A stretch of 64,000 nucleotides of DNA, from contig JAUFOQ010000016.1 in the NCBI GenBank assembly GCA_040285855.1, forward strand, positions 1,674,001-1,738,000. The letters run 5' to 3'. This DNA comes from Eukaryota sp. GEM-RC1 (taxonomy: Eukaryota). Made by a program: the position numbers and the translations under genes. Shown piece after piece: positions 12,401-24,000 of this stretch. Within the stretch, counting starts at the first letter, position 1; the number at the start of each line of letters is the position of its first letter. The notes under the pieces are model-generated. The model was not told the DNA's origin and did not search any database. It worked only from the letters and a program-made list of their open reading frames with translations.

Positions 12401-14016
12401 TCGTCATCTTGCATGTCCCAAGGGACTTCGTCAAGTGCTATTCACTTGGCGTTCTCGCGTGATAATGTCAAAATGCCACATGATGTTGCAGGCATCTCGA
12501 CAAAACTATTAAATTGTGGGGGAAATCATTTCATTTTTGATCAGGCACAACAAGGAGAAACTTCCCTTCATCTTGCAATCAGACATTTAAACGAACCCGT
12601 CATCAAACTGCTTCTGGCAAGTGGATCTAAATTATCTGCAATCGACCATTTGTTTGATTTCGTCTATTCATTCAATCCCTTTTTGAACAGAATTTCGATC
12701 TCGTGTGTGCTATTCTTCAGAAAGCTTTCGACCCAACGTCTCTGCTGACGTATGCTCGATTGATTTGTGAACGTCGACTAGATATTTTAAAAATTCTAGC
12801 AAATATGGGCTGTAAACCGTCTAATCTCACAATCACCAGATCTCTAGCTTTTGGAGCAGGTCCTGATGAGTTTTCCTTCATTCTAGAAGGAGTTCGACTT
12901 TCTCCATCTCAAAGAGCAACCTTCTATCACGATCATTCATTAGATATAGCTCATCACGTTTCCATTGGCGCCAATCCCGATACTATCAAAGTCTGTTTTG
13001 GATCAGGCGAATCTGACTGGAGAATCTCCCCCAGTCAATTACTCTCCAATGGCAGTTATCCTCTGCATGTATTAGCCCCGAGAGGTTGTCCAGACGCCAT
13101 CACCGCCTTCCTTGAACTCTTTGCCAAGCCTCTGCCCTACGATTGCCACGGTTTCACTCCCATGCACACCTTAGCTCTCTCTAGGAACACTTGGTCAGTC
13201 AAGAGTTTAGGATCCTTTGTTGAGTTCTATGGATCTCAATGCTTGTTTTCAGAAGTCTCAGTCAAGTCACTTTCCTCCTCCTCAAACACTCCTCTCCAGA
13301 CTGTAAGAGATGTCAGCCAGTACATTCGACAATGCACTGTGACTCCCTTACATTGGGCCCTACTTACTGGTAATCTGCAAATGGCTAGAGCTCTGATCGA
13401 CGCTGGATCTCTTAAAGCTATCGTTAATGGACGGATGTCGGTGTCAATGTTACATTTTGCTGCTTTTTCTGGGTGTACCAAGAAGTTCTCATCTCCAAAT
13501 GGTAATAGTAACGATGAAGATAACGAAGTTTCACATTTGATGTTGGTTCATCCCCTTTTAAAGTACTTATTTTCTACTTTTAAGTCGAGGAAAGTATCAG
13601 GGTTGCCGATTGTTGACGGATATGGTCGGACTCCCTTGCATTATTTTATGGCAAGTCAATCAGAAGTTCTTGACCTCTCAAGTCTGACTGTTGATTGTGT
13701 TGAGGTCAGCTCAAACGTAATCAAAAAAACTCGTTCTTCCAACATTTCCAACAAATTAGTTGTGATTTCGTTGATTTGTGAGCTCTTTGTGAGTGCTGGA
13801 ATCGATCCTTACAAAACTGATCACGCTGGCAAAACCGCCTTTCATTACGCCCCGAGTTCACTTTCCCAAAACGTCATTCAACATTTAGGATTACGTGATG
13901 GATTGCTCAAAACTCCAAGAATCATTTCTACACAGCGACCGAGTGCGAGGGCTTCCGCTGAACTCATGTCTCCACGTGATTCTGATTCTGGTTGTTGTGG
14001 ATGTACCATAATGTAA
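9446..14016 (+). CDS. Large (~1500 aa) ankyrin-repeat protein with C-terminal CaaX; four abutting ORFs joined at frameshifts near 10970, 11740 and 12685
   Basis: Many G-x-TPLH-x-A repeats across ORFs 9446, 10966, 11777 and 12703; ends SGCCGCTIM*. Confidence 0.85.
12171..12212 (+). other. Probable 42-nt in-frame intron (GTCTAT...ACTAAC-CTAG)
   Basis: Canonical ACTAAC branch motif 4 nt before the intron end; removal yields an ankyrin-like FNINVDSTLSLSPLHIAC. Confidence 0.6.
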
Positions 14017-14067
14017 GAAAGTTTTGTTTATTTATTTCCATTGTATATTTAAAAGAATATGTTTATT

Positions 14068-15507
14068 TTATATTAAGTCCATGTCCAATGATTTCGCCAT
14101 TTGACATTTAGCAAATTCTTCAGCATCAATGACTGCAGTCGTGGTCAGATTTTCAATTTTCTTTGAGTAAACTGTTATATTATTTAAATATTTCTTACAA
14201 GAGACAAACTGCGAGGGTCTACAACTTACCCTGCTTATGACATTCGATGAAGCTACTGACCACGAGTTACTGACTGGATTACCACGACTTTGACTTGTAA
14301 TTTCATCAAATAAAGCGATATTTGAATTATTGGCAGTTTGTGATACATTTAAATTTTGGGTTGGTGACTTACAATAAACAGTAAAAGCCGAAGTAACATA
14401 TTTTGATATTAATTTGAATATTTTTTGAATTTTGCTGGCTTCTGGGTGAAACCAAAACAGAAATTGAAGCACTGGAATCTCCGTCAGTTACCAACAAACC
14501 CAACACAACAGCAATGGAATGGTCAATATTTAAAGTATCAGGAGATTTTTGAAGTTTTTGAAAACATCAGAAGCACATGGATAAAGACCACAATTTGATA
14601 AATTTTCCAAGAATTTTGACGACAATTGGACAGGCCGAGATACCTTATGAATATTATACGTGGTTTTGTCGACTGTGATTCGTTTTAATAAAGAGAAACT
14701 ATCTGAATACGATTTGCCAGAAACGGCAAGTCCTGCTAATCGTGAAACGTGGGGGTCTAAAGTAGTCGACGCCAACTCTGATCCGCTCATTAAAATTGAT
14801 CCAATAACAGCTAAATTCGACAATCCTTCAGATACACGTTCAATTTTTTCGAAATAATTAGAAACTGCTGAAGCCAAAGATCTAACAATCATTGATGACG
14901 AAATTACGCCCGTCGAAGGACTGGACGGGAACTCTGCGTAGTCAATACCAATCCAACCTTTTCCAGTGAGAGAATTGACAAGAGAAAGGGCTAAAGATGA
15001 TGTGCTAGAGAATCTGTCTGTGAGAAGTCTTCGGAGGTCATCAGAATAATGAAGATATAGCCGCTCCAACTTCTTTGCTTCTGAGTGATTGATTTCAGAA
15101 GGAATCTCGGGAACAGGTGGCAGAGAAGAGGGAAAAAGAAAAAAGAGAACGGAATCATAAATGTAAGAAAGATTATGTACAAGATTAAAGCGTGGTATGC
15201 GAACAGAGAAGAGAATAGCAAGGTAGAGACTTCGTGATGAACAGAGAGGTAGTATTGCCACTTGGTGATTTCCAAACTTAAACTGAAGGAGATTAGATGG
15301 TAGGTCAGTGGTAGAGGAAGAGGCTCTGGAAAGGTCCATAACATAGGAATCTTGGACAAGAGACATCATATGAGACGCCAATTCTGAGACAGCCGATAAA
15401 TTGGTAACTTCTTCAGATTCCGGATACCATTGAAATAAAGGGTCTGCAGAGACAGAAACGTCATCTGAAATTGGGACAGTAGCTCTAAAGATGAAGATAC
15501 AGTTCAT
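14068..15507 (-). CDS. Possible HPS4/CCZ1/INTU-type longin-domain protein, frameshifted near 14480-14560
   Basis: Two abutting ORFs; the N-terminus CIFIF...LFQWYPE resembles the first longin domain of this family by eye only. Confidence 0.35.
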
Positions 15508-15747
15508 GGCATAACGATTTCGGGAAAATCGTAACAAAGAGGATGAACAAACGTTTTGTTCATATGTTATGGTTGAATCGTATCGTTTTTACTATTTGTA
15601 AACCAAATTTGCCTAATCATCTCCAAAGCTTTATTAGCTGTGAGTTCCTTTTATGAGGACAAAGCTGTTGTAAGATTTGATAGTGACGGGCGTTGTTTTA
15701 ATTCTTTCAGCAAGTGTTAACATGTATGAAGTCTGTATCTAGATCCT

Positions 15748-16318
15748 ATATATCGTAGGTGTCCCAATACAAGCAAAAAGTGTTTGCTTGTATTATTCTA
15801 TTGCATTCTGGACGTTGAACGAGTTATACTTCAATACAAAGTTTATTAAAATGAATTACAACGTAAGGAGCTGTGGCAGAACTTCATAGTGTCCACTTGG
15901 GTACTTACATGTTGTTGCGGATTTTTGCCCGAAGAACACGATGGAGTTATTGTATTGTTTGACATTTGTAAAATCAGAAGCACAAAATGGCCTATCAAAA
16001 TGCAAATTACGAAACAATAGGCAATAGAATCCCTGTCAATAGAACTTTGCTCCTATACAGACAAATATTGTGTACTTGTAGAACAAATTAAAATACTGTA
16101 ATTAAAGCATGTGTCATATTAATGTATTGTTATAAATTTTTGTTCTATTTTTAATACAGTGTACAAGTAGCGTTACGAAATAGAGTATGTGATCCAGTAA
16201 TATATTGAAACCAAAGGTGATGTCGCTTCACCGTAGAATAGGGTCCCAATGCAAGCGAGAAATTGTTTTTGCTTGTATAAGATATAAAGTTGCTTGTATT
16301 GAGACACCTACGATATAT
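15748..16318. mobile_element. 571-bp MITE-like element with 29-bp TIRs and an apparent 6-bp TSD
   Basis: ATATATCGTAGGTGTC(C/T)CAATACAAGCAA at 15748-15776, inverted at 16290-16318 (1 mismatch); GATCCT at 15742-15747 and 16319-16324; subterminal GCTTGTAT repeats. Confidence 0.8.
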
Positions 16319-16324
16319 GATCCT

Positions 16325-16600
16325 TTTATTGATTTTAGTCAAATTATCCTAGATGTTACAACAGTAGATCCATGTGCTCAAACTGTTAACGGCTTAAATT
16401 CAAATGGTTTCAACCACCTAGAAACTGCCGAAAAACGTAAAATTGATTTGTATGCCAAAGCTGTTATCAAAATTTGTATTCAAAATTTTAATTTGTTCCA
16501 TTTTTGGTAGTATTGGTGAAATGCTTTCTCAGTTTTTAACTGATTTTGGATCTATTTGTAAGTCTAAGAATAAGAGATATAACTTATCAATTTGACATGG
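16325..16600 (+). pseudogene. Fragment of the restriction-like endonuclease (RLE) end of a non-LTR retrotransposon
   Basis: QIILDVTTVDPC...LETAEKRKIDLY parallels EIIIDFTTVVPC...LEVAEKGKNTKY at ~50250-50370; boundaries approximate. Confidence 0.6.
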
Positions 16601-16895
16601 CCGTTTGATTTTATCTGTGTTCCGTTCGTTGCCTAAGTTTTTTAAATCAATTATCACGAAGTTATATAAAAACTGTGGTACTGTTGACCAGGGATTGTCT
16701 GTGTCTAGTGTTTCATAGCTTTTATTATGATGTGTATTGTTGTGCTCTTCATCGATAAACTTTTTGGTGTAAACAAACATGCCCTCTATTATGCTTGTAT
16801 TAGGACCTAGACGATACTTAGAGACCAAATTATCATGGATTTACAATCTGTTGAACCTTTTAATTCCAGAATGCTTTTCAAAAATTTTGTCACCA

Positions 16896-17041
16896 TACGA
16901 GACAAGGGGAAAGAAAGGTTCTGTGGTGACACGGAAAGAGCGACCACAAACCTCTACCTTGCAGGTAAAACCCTCAGGAACTGCAACTTGACATGATTGG
17001 TTCGTATCTCGTAAGTGAAACCAGGAACTTGTGGTTTGCTT
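16896..17041 (+). ncRNA. Unidentified structured RNA-like element with possible pseudoknot
   Basis: Four stems, a GNRA-capped hairpin and a 7-bp loop/5'-end complementarity, all found by eye (see findings). Confidence 0.4.
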
Positions 17042-17188
17042 GCAAATAACAATTTTCTATCTGTGTGTTGTGGATCCATTCGAGTAACTTCACCGATCTC
17101 TGAAAAAATCAGACATTCAATAATAATGTTGAAAATTTCGTCTAGAATCTATTTACAAAAGAATAATCTGTTAAATTAAGTCTAATCT

Positions 17189-18505
17189 CTACAAATTATC
17201 CAAAATCTTAATGAACTCGTCTCCAACACTTCTAAAAACATCAGGGCCAAAACACTGTGGTGAGTAGGTAAAAGTCAACTCCAAATGACCATTGACTTCA
17301 ACCAAATGAACGGAAGGGAAGGGAGCGCCACCTGGACCAGAGATCAAGAAACTCATTGATTCAATAGAGAACTTGTCACATTCGGTAGGATAAGGGAAAT
17401 GTCCAACATTTGAAAAGATGATGGATAAATTGAAAAATTTAGCAGCTTCTTGAGGTTTAGTTTTTAAAACGTGGAACAATCTTAACATTTCTTTGGAAGA
17501 AATCAATGTGGCAATTTGAGCACCGGCATCAGAGACCATTGGTTCAAGTTCAGTATCGTTATCAATGGTGACAGAGACATTAGCAGAACCTGATACAGAT
17601 GAAACAAGTGTGGGAGGGAGTTTAGGTTCACAGTGAAGGCGGAGATCAACGGCGACATGGGAAACGATGTTATGGGGATGGGGAACACCCTGGCGTTCAA
17701 CAACACGGGAAAATGAAAACGACAAGAGACTTAAGAGCAAGGCTGAAAAGTTTTGATTGTGCTTGCGGGCATATTCCTTAACTTTTTGGAACAAGTCTTT
17801 GTCAACAATGACAGGAACATCTTTTACCAATTCTTGGCTAGGCTTATGATGAGCAGGGATGGTAGTAACGTTGTCGATGGTATAATCTGGATATGTGTCA
17901 GGAATCGAAATTTGATCAAAGAAATTGATAAAATTCGTGTTTTCCTCAGATTGGACAATTGGATCAGCGTTGAGCATAGACATAATCATTTGTATTAGCG
18001 CAAAAATCCCCCTACCGTCAGTTGCAACATGGTCCCCGATAACCAACAAGTGGTTATCACCAATTAGGTGAAAACTGAAGAGATATTTGTCCTTTTCAAC
18101 ACCCTTATCTACCAATTTACGTGCTACGGCCCTGGCGTCTTCGGTAGAATCAACGGAGTGTGAAAGAACGGGAACATTGTGTTTTGCATCGGCTACAAAG
18201 CAATTCTTATCGTCAATTTTTGTTCTAAGCATGATGATTTCTTTTGATGCTCGATAAAGAGCATCACAGACATCAGTGGCGGAATAGTGGATCCCCCACC
18301 TAGTGGCGGTGAAACTAATGGTGTAAGTCCCCCAAGTCCTGGCGGCATCAAGGATGATGTAAGACCCCCAGTCAATAAGACTGGCGGCAATCAAAGGAAT
18401 GTTCTTCCTGCTCTCGACGTCAAAAAGTTGCTGAGCAAGTTCACTCCTTCGGTAGGTATCTCCTCCAATGCGTCGCTTCAACAAGAAGGACTTGTTGTAG
18501 TACGA
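17189..18505 (-). CDS. CoA-dependent acyltransferase (condensation/PapA5/alcohol acetyltransferase-like); start codon not found
   Basis: HxxxDG motif DHVATDGRG, AVDLR, FSNVG; 431+ aa open frame. Confidence 0.75.
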   Translation of the reverse strand, partial: SYYNKSFLLKRRIGGDTYRRSELAQQLFDVESRKNIPLIAASLIDWGSYIILDAARTWGTYTISFTATRWGIHYSATDVCDALYRASKEIIMLRTKIDDKNCFVADAKHNVPVLSHSVDSTEDARAVARKLVDKGVEKDKYLFSFHLIGDNHLLVIGDHVATDGRGIFALIQMIMSMLNADPIVQSEENTNFINFFDQISIPDTYPDYTIDNVTTIPAHHKPSQELVKDVPVIVDKDLFQKVKEYARKHNQNFSALLLSLLSFSFSRVVERQGVPHPHNIVSHVAVDLRLHCEPKLPPTLVSSVSGSANVSVTIDNDTELEPMVSDAGAQIATLISSKEMLRLFHVLKTKPQEAAKFFNLSIIFSNVGHFPYPTECDKFSIESMSFLISGPGGAPFPSVHLVEVNGHLELTFTYSPQCFGPDVFRSVGDEFIKILDNL

Positions 18506-18559
18506 GATGGTCCTCCTCCTCCTTTTCCTCCTTCCAATAGTTTTTTAAATAGTTCATAT

Positions 18560-21028
18560 TAGGGTTGTCAATGACTCAAGTCGAATGACTTGACTTGGAA
18601 ATTCCCAAGTCGACTTGACTTTGACTTGAGTCATTCATCAAGTCAAGTCAAATCGTACCAAGTCGACTTGTGCAAAATGACTTGACTTGATGAATGACTT
18701 GGGTGTGAGTGCTGATAGAAATGCGTCATTAACCAATGCTCATCATAGTTTAACATCGATTTATTAGTATAAATAAGTATAAATTATACACCTAGACCAC
18801 AACTTCACCAATATTCTGACCAACGTCTTCGTCTTCGTCGTCACTACGGACTTCTAAGATATCATAACCCTTTTCCAACCAGTCCTTTAACAGGGTTAAA
18901 GAAGTGAACGAATCATCACCGAGTCTGCTTCTCTTCTTATTTTTAATGTTCCCTGCAAGTGAAAACACTCGTTCACAGGGAACAGACGTGGCTGGAATAG
19001 CCAAAAAGTCTCTTGCAAGGGACGCAAGAACCACGAACTCGCTCTTATGATTCTTCCACCAGCTCAATGGGCAAGCTGTCATATCGATTGGTACTACTTC
19101 TTGATACCGCTCCATCTCATCTCTCTCATAATGAACCACTTGATCTTGAAGTGATGCAAGATACTCATCATCAGAACCATGAAGTTCCTCTTGAATGATT
19201 TCCGGTGCTTGGACATCTTGCGAAAACTGGGCCTTTCTTACTTCATAAATTTGTTTAAAGCTGTTTAGCTGATTATCGTTTTTGAGTTGAGGGCACATAT
19301 TTTGCCAAATAAACCTAGGATCAAGGAACATGCATGCGAATGTGGTGCAGTTGTAAACAAATGGAGCATATTTAGCAACAATCAAAGAAGCTCTACTACA
19401 TGCAGATCGCAGCCATGCAGGATGATTGACACCTGGAATCGAAATTGGACTCACTGTCTTATTCCAAATTGAAGTCATCAGAGATACGGTAACGTATTGC
19501 TCGCCGGAAAGAAACTTTGTTGCTTTGAAGAAGCCATACAAAAAATCATATAAAGTCTTCAACTTTAACCCTTCAGTATCATTTGATTTAAGGTCCAGAA
19601 GCTCACTGCCTGCGGGAGTCTCGAAAAAATAATTGATAAAAGGAAGAAGTTTGAAATATCCTTTTAACATTAAATAAGTGGAATTGAATCTTGTGGCTAC
19701 GTCACCTGAAATTGATACAGTCAAGTTGTGGTTCATGCCGACAACTATCTCAGTCAGCTGCTCTCTTAATCTGCCACTGTGATTCAGCTTTGTCGTGAAT
19801 TTACGAACTTTTCGTATTTCGTCTCGGAGTGGTTTAACGAGTCGTTTTACAATGAGATGAAAAGCGTGTGCAAGGCAACTCCTGGTCAACATATCGTTGT
19901 TAGAAAAAATTTTGTATCTGCCTCCCAACAACACCAAACCAGAAATCATGTTACTACCATTGTCGGACGTAATTGAAAGTACATTTTTGACATTGTACAT
20001 CGTCAGTGTCTCCATTAGTGTACCTGCAATGTCCCTTCCTCTGTGAGGGTGCGGAAAGCGCTTAATCTCCAGCAAAATTGACTTAGGGCAAAAGTTTTCG
20101 TCAAAAAAAAATGGGCAGTAATAGCAATGAACGATTTGGTATCCACAGATGTCCAAATATCAGTAGTCAAGGAGACTTGTGATTTGTTACCTGAAACCGA
20201 AGCAAACACCTTCTCTCTAATCGTGTTACAAGATCTCACAATGACTGTTTTCATCGTATTTCTTTTTGGAAGTTTCACAGTAGAATTCAAAAACTTTAGA
20301 GCCTGGAGCAATTCTGCCGAGTCCAATATTCTTAATGGGAGAGAGTTAAGAATCATAAAACGCATAAGAAGGAAGAGCAAAGTTCTCTGCTGCTGTTTCG
20401 TTAGGACACGAGCAATGGGGGCGTTTTTTTGAGAACCAGCAAGGGGCTGTCCACTCTTTAGTTGGAGTTTTTCGGGGTGGTTCCTCTTTACGTGTTGGAG
20501 TAGAGAATCTGTACTGCTAATCAGGCTGTAACACTTTTTAGCGTTATCAGGACAGTGCTTACAAACATTAAGTTTCATGGCATCACTCCCTTCTTGGCTG
20601 AAGGAGTATTCCTCGTAGTGGTCATAGGCATCTGACCTTTTCTGCTTGCGTGGAGGACTTTTGATGGTTCGTAAGTCGGGGGGAGGAGAAGTCAGAGAAA
20701 AGCGAAGAACACTGTTACTATTCTTGATGTTCATGAGAGAGAAATGAAGAACTAACAATTTGGAATCTTGATTCACGATGTCTGGTTTAATTACTACATG
20801 TAGTGACTTTAAAAGTTGCAGTATTTGAGCATTTTACACTGATATTCAGTTGCCCGCCGTCTATAAAAAAGCGACATTACTTACAAGTCAAGTTAAATGA
20901 CTCGACTTGGAAAATATCAAGTCGACTTGACTTTGACTTGAGTCAAATGGAAGAAAATGACTTGACTTGGAAATGACTTGACTCAAGTCGATCGACTTGC
21001 GACTTGAGTCAAGTCATTGACAACCCTA
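18560..21028 (-). mobile_element. Full-length hAT DNA transposon (2469 bp)
   Basis: TIR TAGGGTTGTCAATGACT / AGTCATTGACAACCCTA; 8-bp TSD GTTCATAT (18552-18559, 21029-21036); subterminal GACTT arrays at both ends. Confidence 0.97.
18792..20734 (-). CDS. hAT transposase (BED finger, DDE, dimerisation domain); frameshift in the A9 run near 20105
   Basis: CKHC...LLQHVKRNH, TTDIWT, SDNGSNM, CLAH, TRFNSTYLM, PLSWWK...LARDFLAIPATSVPCERVFS. Confidence 0.93.
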
Positions 21029-24000
21029 GTTCATATGTTCCTAATAAAGAGAATGTATTAGTAGATGATGGTATGGACACAGTAGTTCCTCCAGAGAGGG
21101 ATGCTGCAGTAGTTAAGGCAATTCAAGTTTTAGAGGAATCCTTAACTAGAGAAAAGACCATGAGAGCCGAAGCAGAGAAGAAGCTTCGTGCTGAACAGGA
21201 ACAACAAGCTTTACGTATGCGTATGTCTCCTGAAGAACGCGCTCGTGAAGTAGAGAGACTTGTTGAGTCTAACGGGATAGGTTTCCACCGAGACGCTATC
21301 CCCACAGACTAATCCCATGGGTAACCCCACATGATCAGAACGTTTCAATCTCTGATGCTGACATGTGGACCCTTGCGAAATTCCGTCCATGGCATCCAGT
21401 CATCAGGAACCGTATGCCACCAAGTAGTCATTACTTGCTGAGGAACGTTCCACCTGGTATCAATCCTTCACTAATCGAACAATTCTTAGGTGGGTTATAC
21501 AACAGGGATGCTGGAGACACGTACCGTTTCCCCTCAGAGAGTTCCTGGGATCCAAGACATGGTATCACCATTGAGCCCCTCGAACCCAACTTCAGCTCTG
21601 ACGGCCTAAATGTTACGTATGAGTATACTGCGTGGTACCAACACTGCCTTAACAACCAGTCCCAGATCTACCACAACGTTGCTATTAATACTAAATGGTT
21701 ATCTCCTAACCACAAGTACTCTCATCTGCCAGTGTCTTCTTTCCGTGATGGCAATTCTAGGTTAGAAGCCCCAGATGTCGACTCTACTCGAATTATACCC
21801 TTCAACGGTATTGGTGGTTCCCAGAAAGTTCTCCCACTTGCAGCTGGTGCTCTAAGTGAAGTTGGAACTGTAACGCCTAACCAGGACGAGCTAAGCCGAA
21901 CTGAACGCCTTACTCCTGTAACTCCTGGTGAGGTAGAACATCCTGAAGTCGTCGATAGATATTCGATTGACACGTTTGGTTTCCGATCCAGAAACGACCA
22001 ATCAACCGCCAAATTCGACGAAGAGAAAGCTAGTACGCGCTACTTAGCCCGTATGGAGCATGAAAATGTGTACCGTAAACCAGCCGCTTTCGCTCAAGGC
22101 CACAACAATGCCGAGTCATCAGTGATCCACAAAGATGACCTGCTGAAAGCTAGAAAAGAACGTGCTGCTAGAGTGATTGCCGAAGCTAAACAGAAGCGAT
22201 TGGATGAAGAATATCAATCAAAATTGATAGCCGATCTGTCACCCTCCATTGAAGATCACATTGACCTATCAAGCTCATCCTCTGAAGACGAACGTCGTGC
22301 TAACGTCCTTCATGATACTCCGATCCTTTCTTCTGGTGTTACACAAAAGATTAAGAAGAAGTCCAAGAAAGATTCCAAGAAGAACCGTCCGTTTCTCAAG
22401 AACGATGAACGACCTGAAGTAGTGTCCTTTTGCATGATTTCAGCCATTGGGCGGTGCACAAACGAAAACAGCAAGAACACAAAAGCTTCGACACTTGGCT
22501 TGGTTACCCGCGAAATAAGTTTGATTTTGCTAGAACAGCCTTGTGTGAGGTGGACCCAGAAGGGGTAAGCGAGTTCATCGATCAGACAACTCTCTCCACC
22601 TGGAGGATGATGGACACAATCACCGACAGTACTAGTACTGCTGTTCTTGAACAATCCATCTGGCGGTTGTTAGTGGACAAGAGTCAATACTCTTCTACCA
22701 CTGCAGCCTCGAATGCCTTAAGAGCTGTACGCTTAGGCAGAGCCAACGACCCCCTTGAATGCATCGAGAAGTATTTCTGCAACATCATCGTAGTGCTGAA
22801 GTGTTCTATGGCCATTCCATCTCTCTCAAGTGATTCTGCCCAAAGAGAGCATCTTCATGCTTCCACTGTCGCTGATGTGGTCTTGTCCACGTTAAACCCC
22901 AATCAAGATATTGTACCTCTGAATGAGGTACATGTTCGTTGGGATCAACAACTGAAGACGGATGATAGCCTCCTCCCTCAATTCTTTAACGAAGTCAAAG
23001 GTATCTGGCTGACCTACAAACGATCCACTGCTGTAGCTCCTTTGCCTGCCTCCCGTAATCTCCCCTGCTAAAGGTAGACAAGATTTCCCCAGAAAACGTG
23101 GCCTCCTCCCTAGAAACCCTGGTCCCAGATTTGGTAGACCTCAGCAGTCTCAAGATGTTAAGTCCCCAATTAAATGTTTCAATTGCGGCATCCCTGGTCA
23201 TCTCTCGTCTGAATGCCGTCGTGGCAAATACAGTGCTCTGACTCCTAGAGACTCAAATGGAAAGCCCTTAAAACGTAGGTCAGGTGATAGTGATAGCAAT
23301 AGAGGTCGATCAAATCGTCCTAATAATTTTCATAAATCAAATAATTACATTGTTCAAATTTCAAAGTTACAATCTATACATCCTACAGAGACAAAGTACA
23401 TGAACCCATTGGCTGCTATGAACACACATTCAAGCAAGGGTAGAAGTACATCATCTGTTGAAACAATTCGGAGTCTCAACCAGAACTTAAGGATCGAGTC
23501 AAAGGATAACGGTTCCTTGTGTATTCGATTGTTGATTAACAATGTGCCAGTGATTGGTGAGTTTGATTCGGCAGCTTCGTGCTCAGTCATATCCCAAGAT
23601 TTGATTCGTCACTGTGAGATGACAACGATTGACAGTTGTATTGACTACATCTCTGCGAATAATATTCGTGCAACATCCTTAGGTAGTGCAGTAGGTGTTC
23701 TGACGTTCAACGTTGGCAGCCTAGCTAACCAGATTCATGTTAAGCATACTCTCCCCGTAGTACCTGGTACCAAAATTCTACTGATTGGCAGAGATTTGCA
23801 AGAAGAACTGGGGTTGCTAACGGATGATGGTCTAGTCATCAGATTAGATAAAGAGCATCGCACAATCCTCAATGCAGAGAGTGCATTCGATGGTAGAATG
23901 AAATCACCATGCGAATCGATCAATAGTGTTCAATCAAATTCCTCAACAATAAATAATTTAAATATTGATCTGTACGGCAACACTCAAACTGACATCAGTT

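Noticed and set aside
18570..18700. CRISPR-like or regulatory repeat array (GACTT units; also 20885-21020)
   Set aside because: No unique spacers; these are subterminal repeats of the hAT element.
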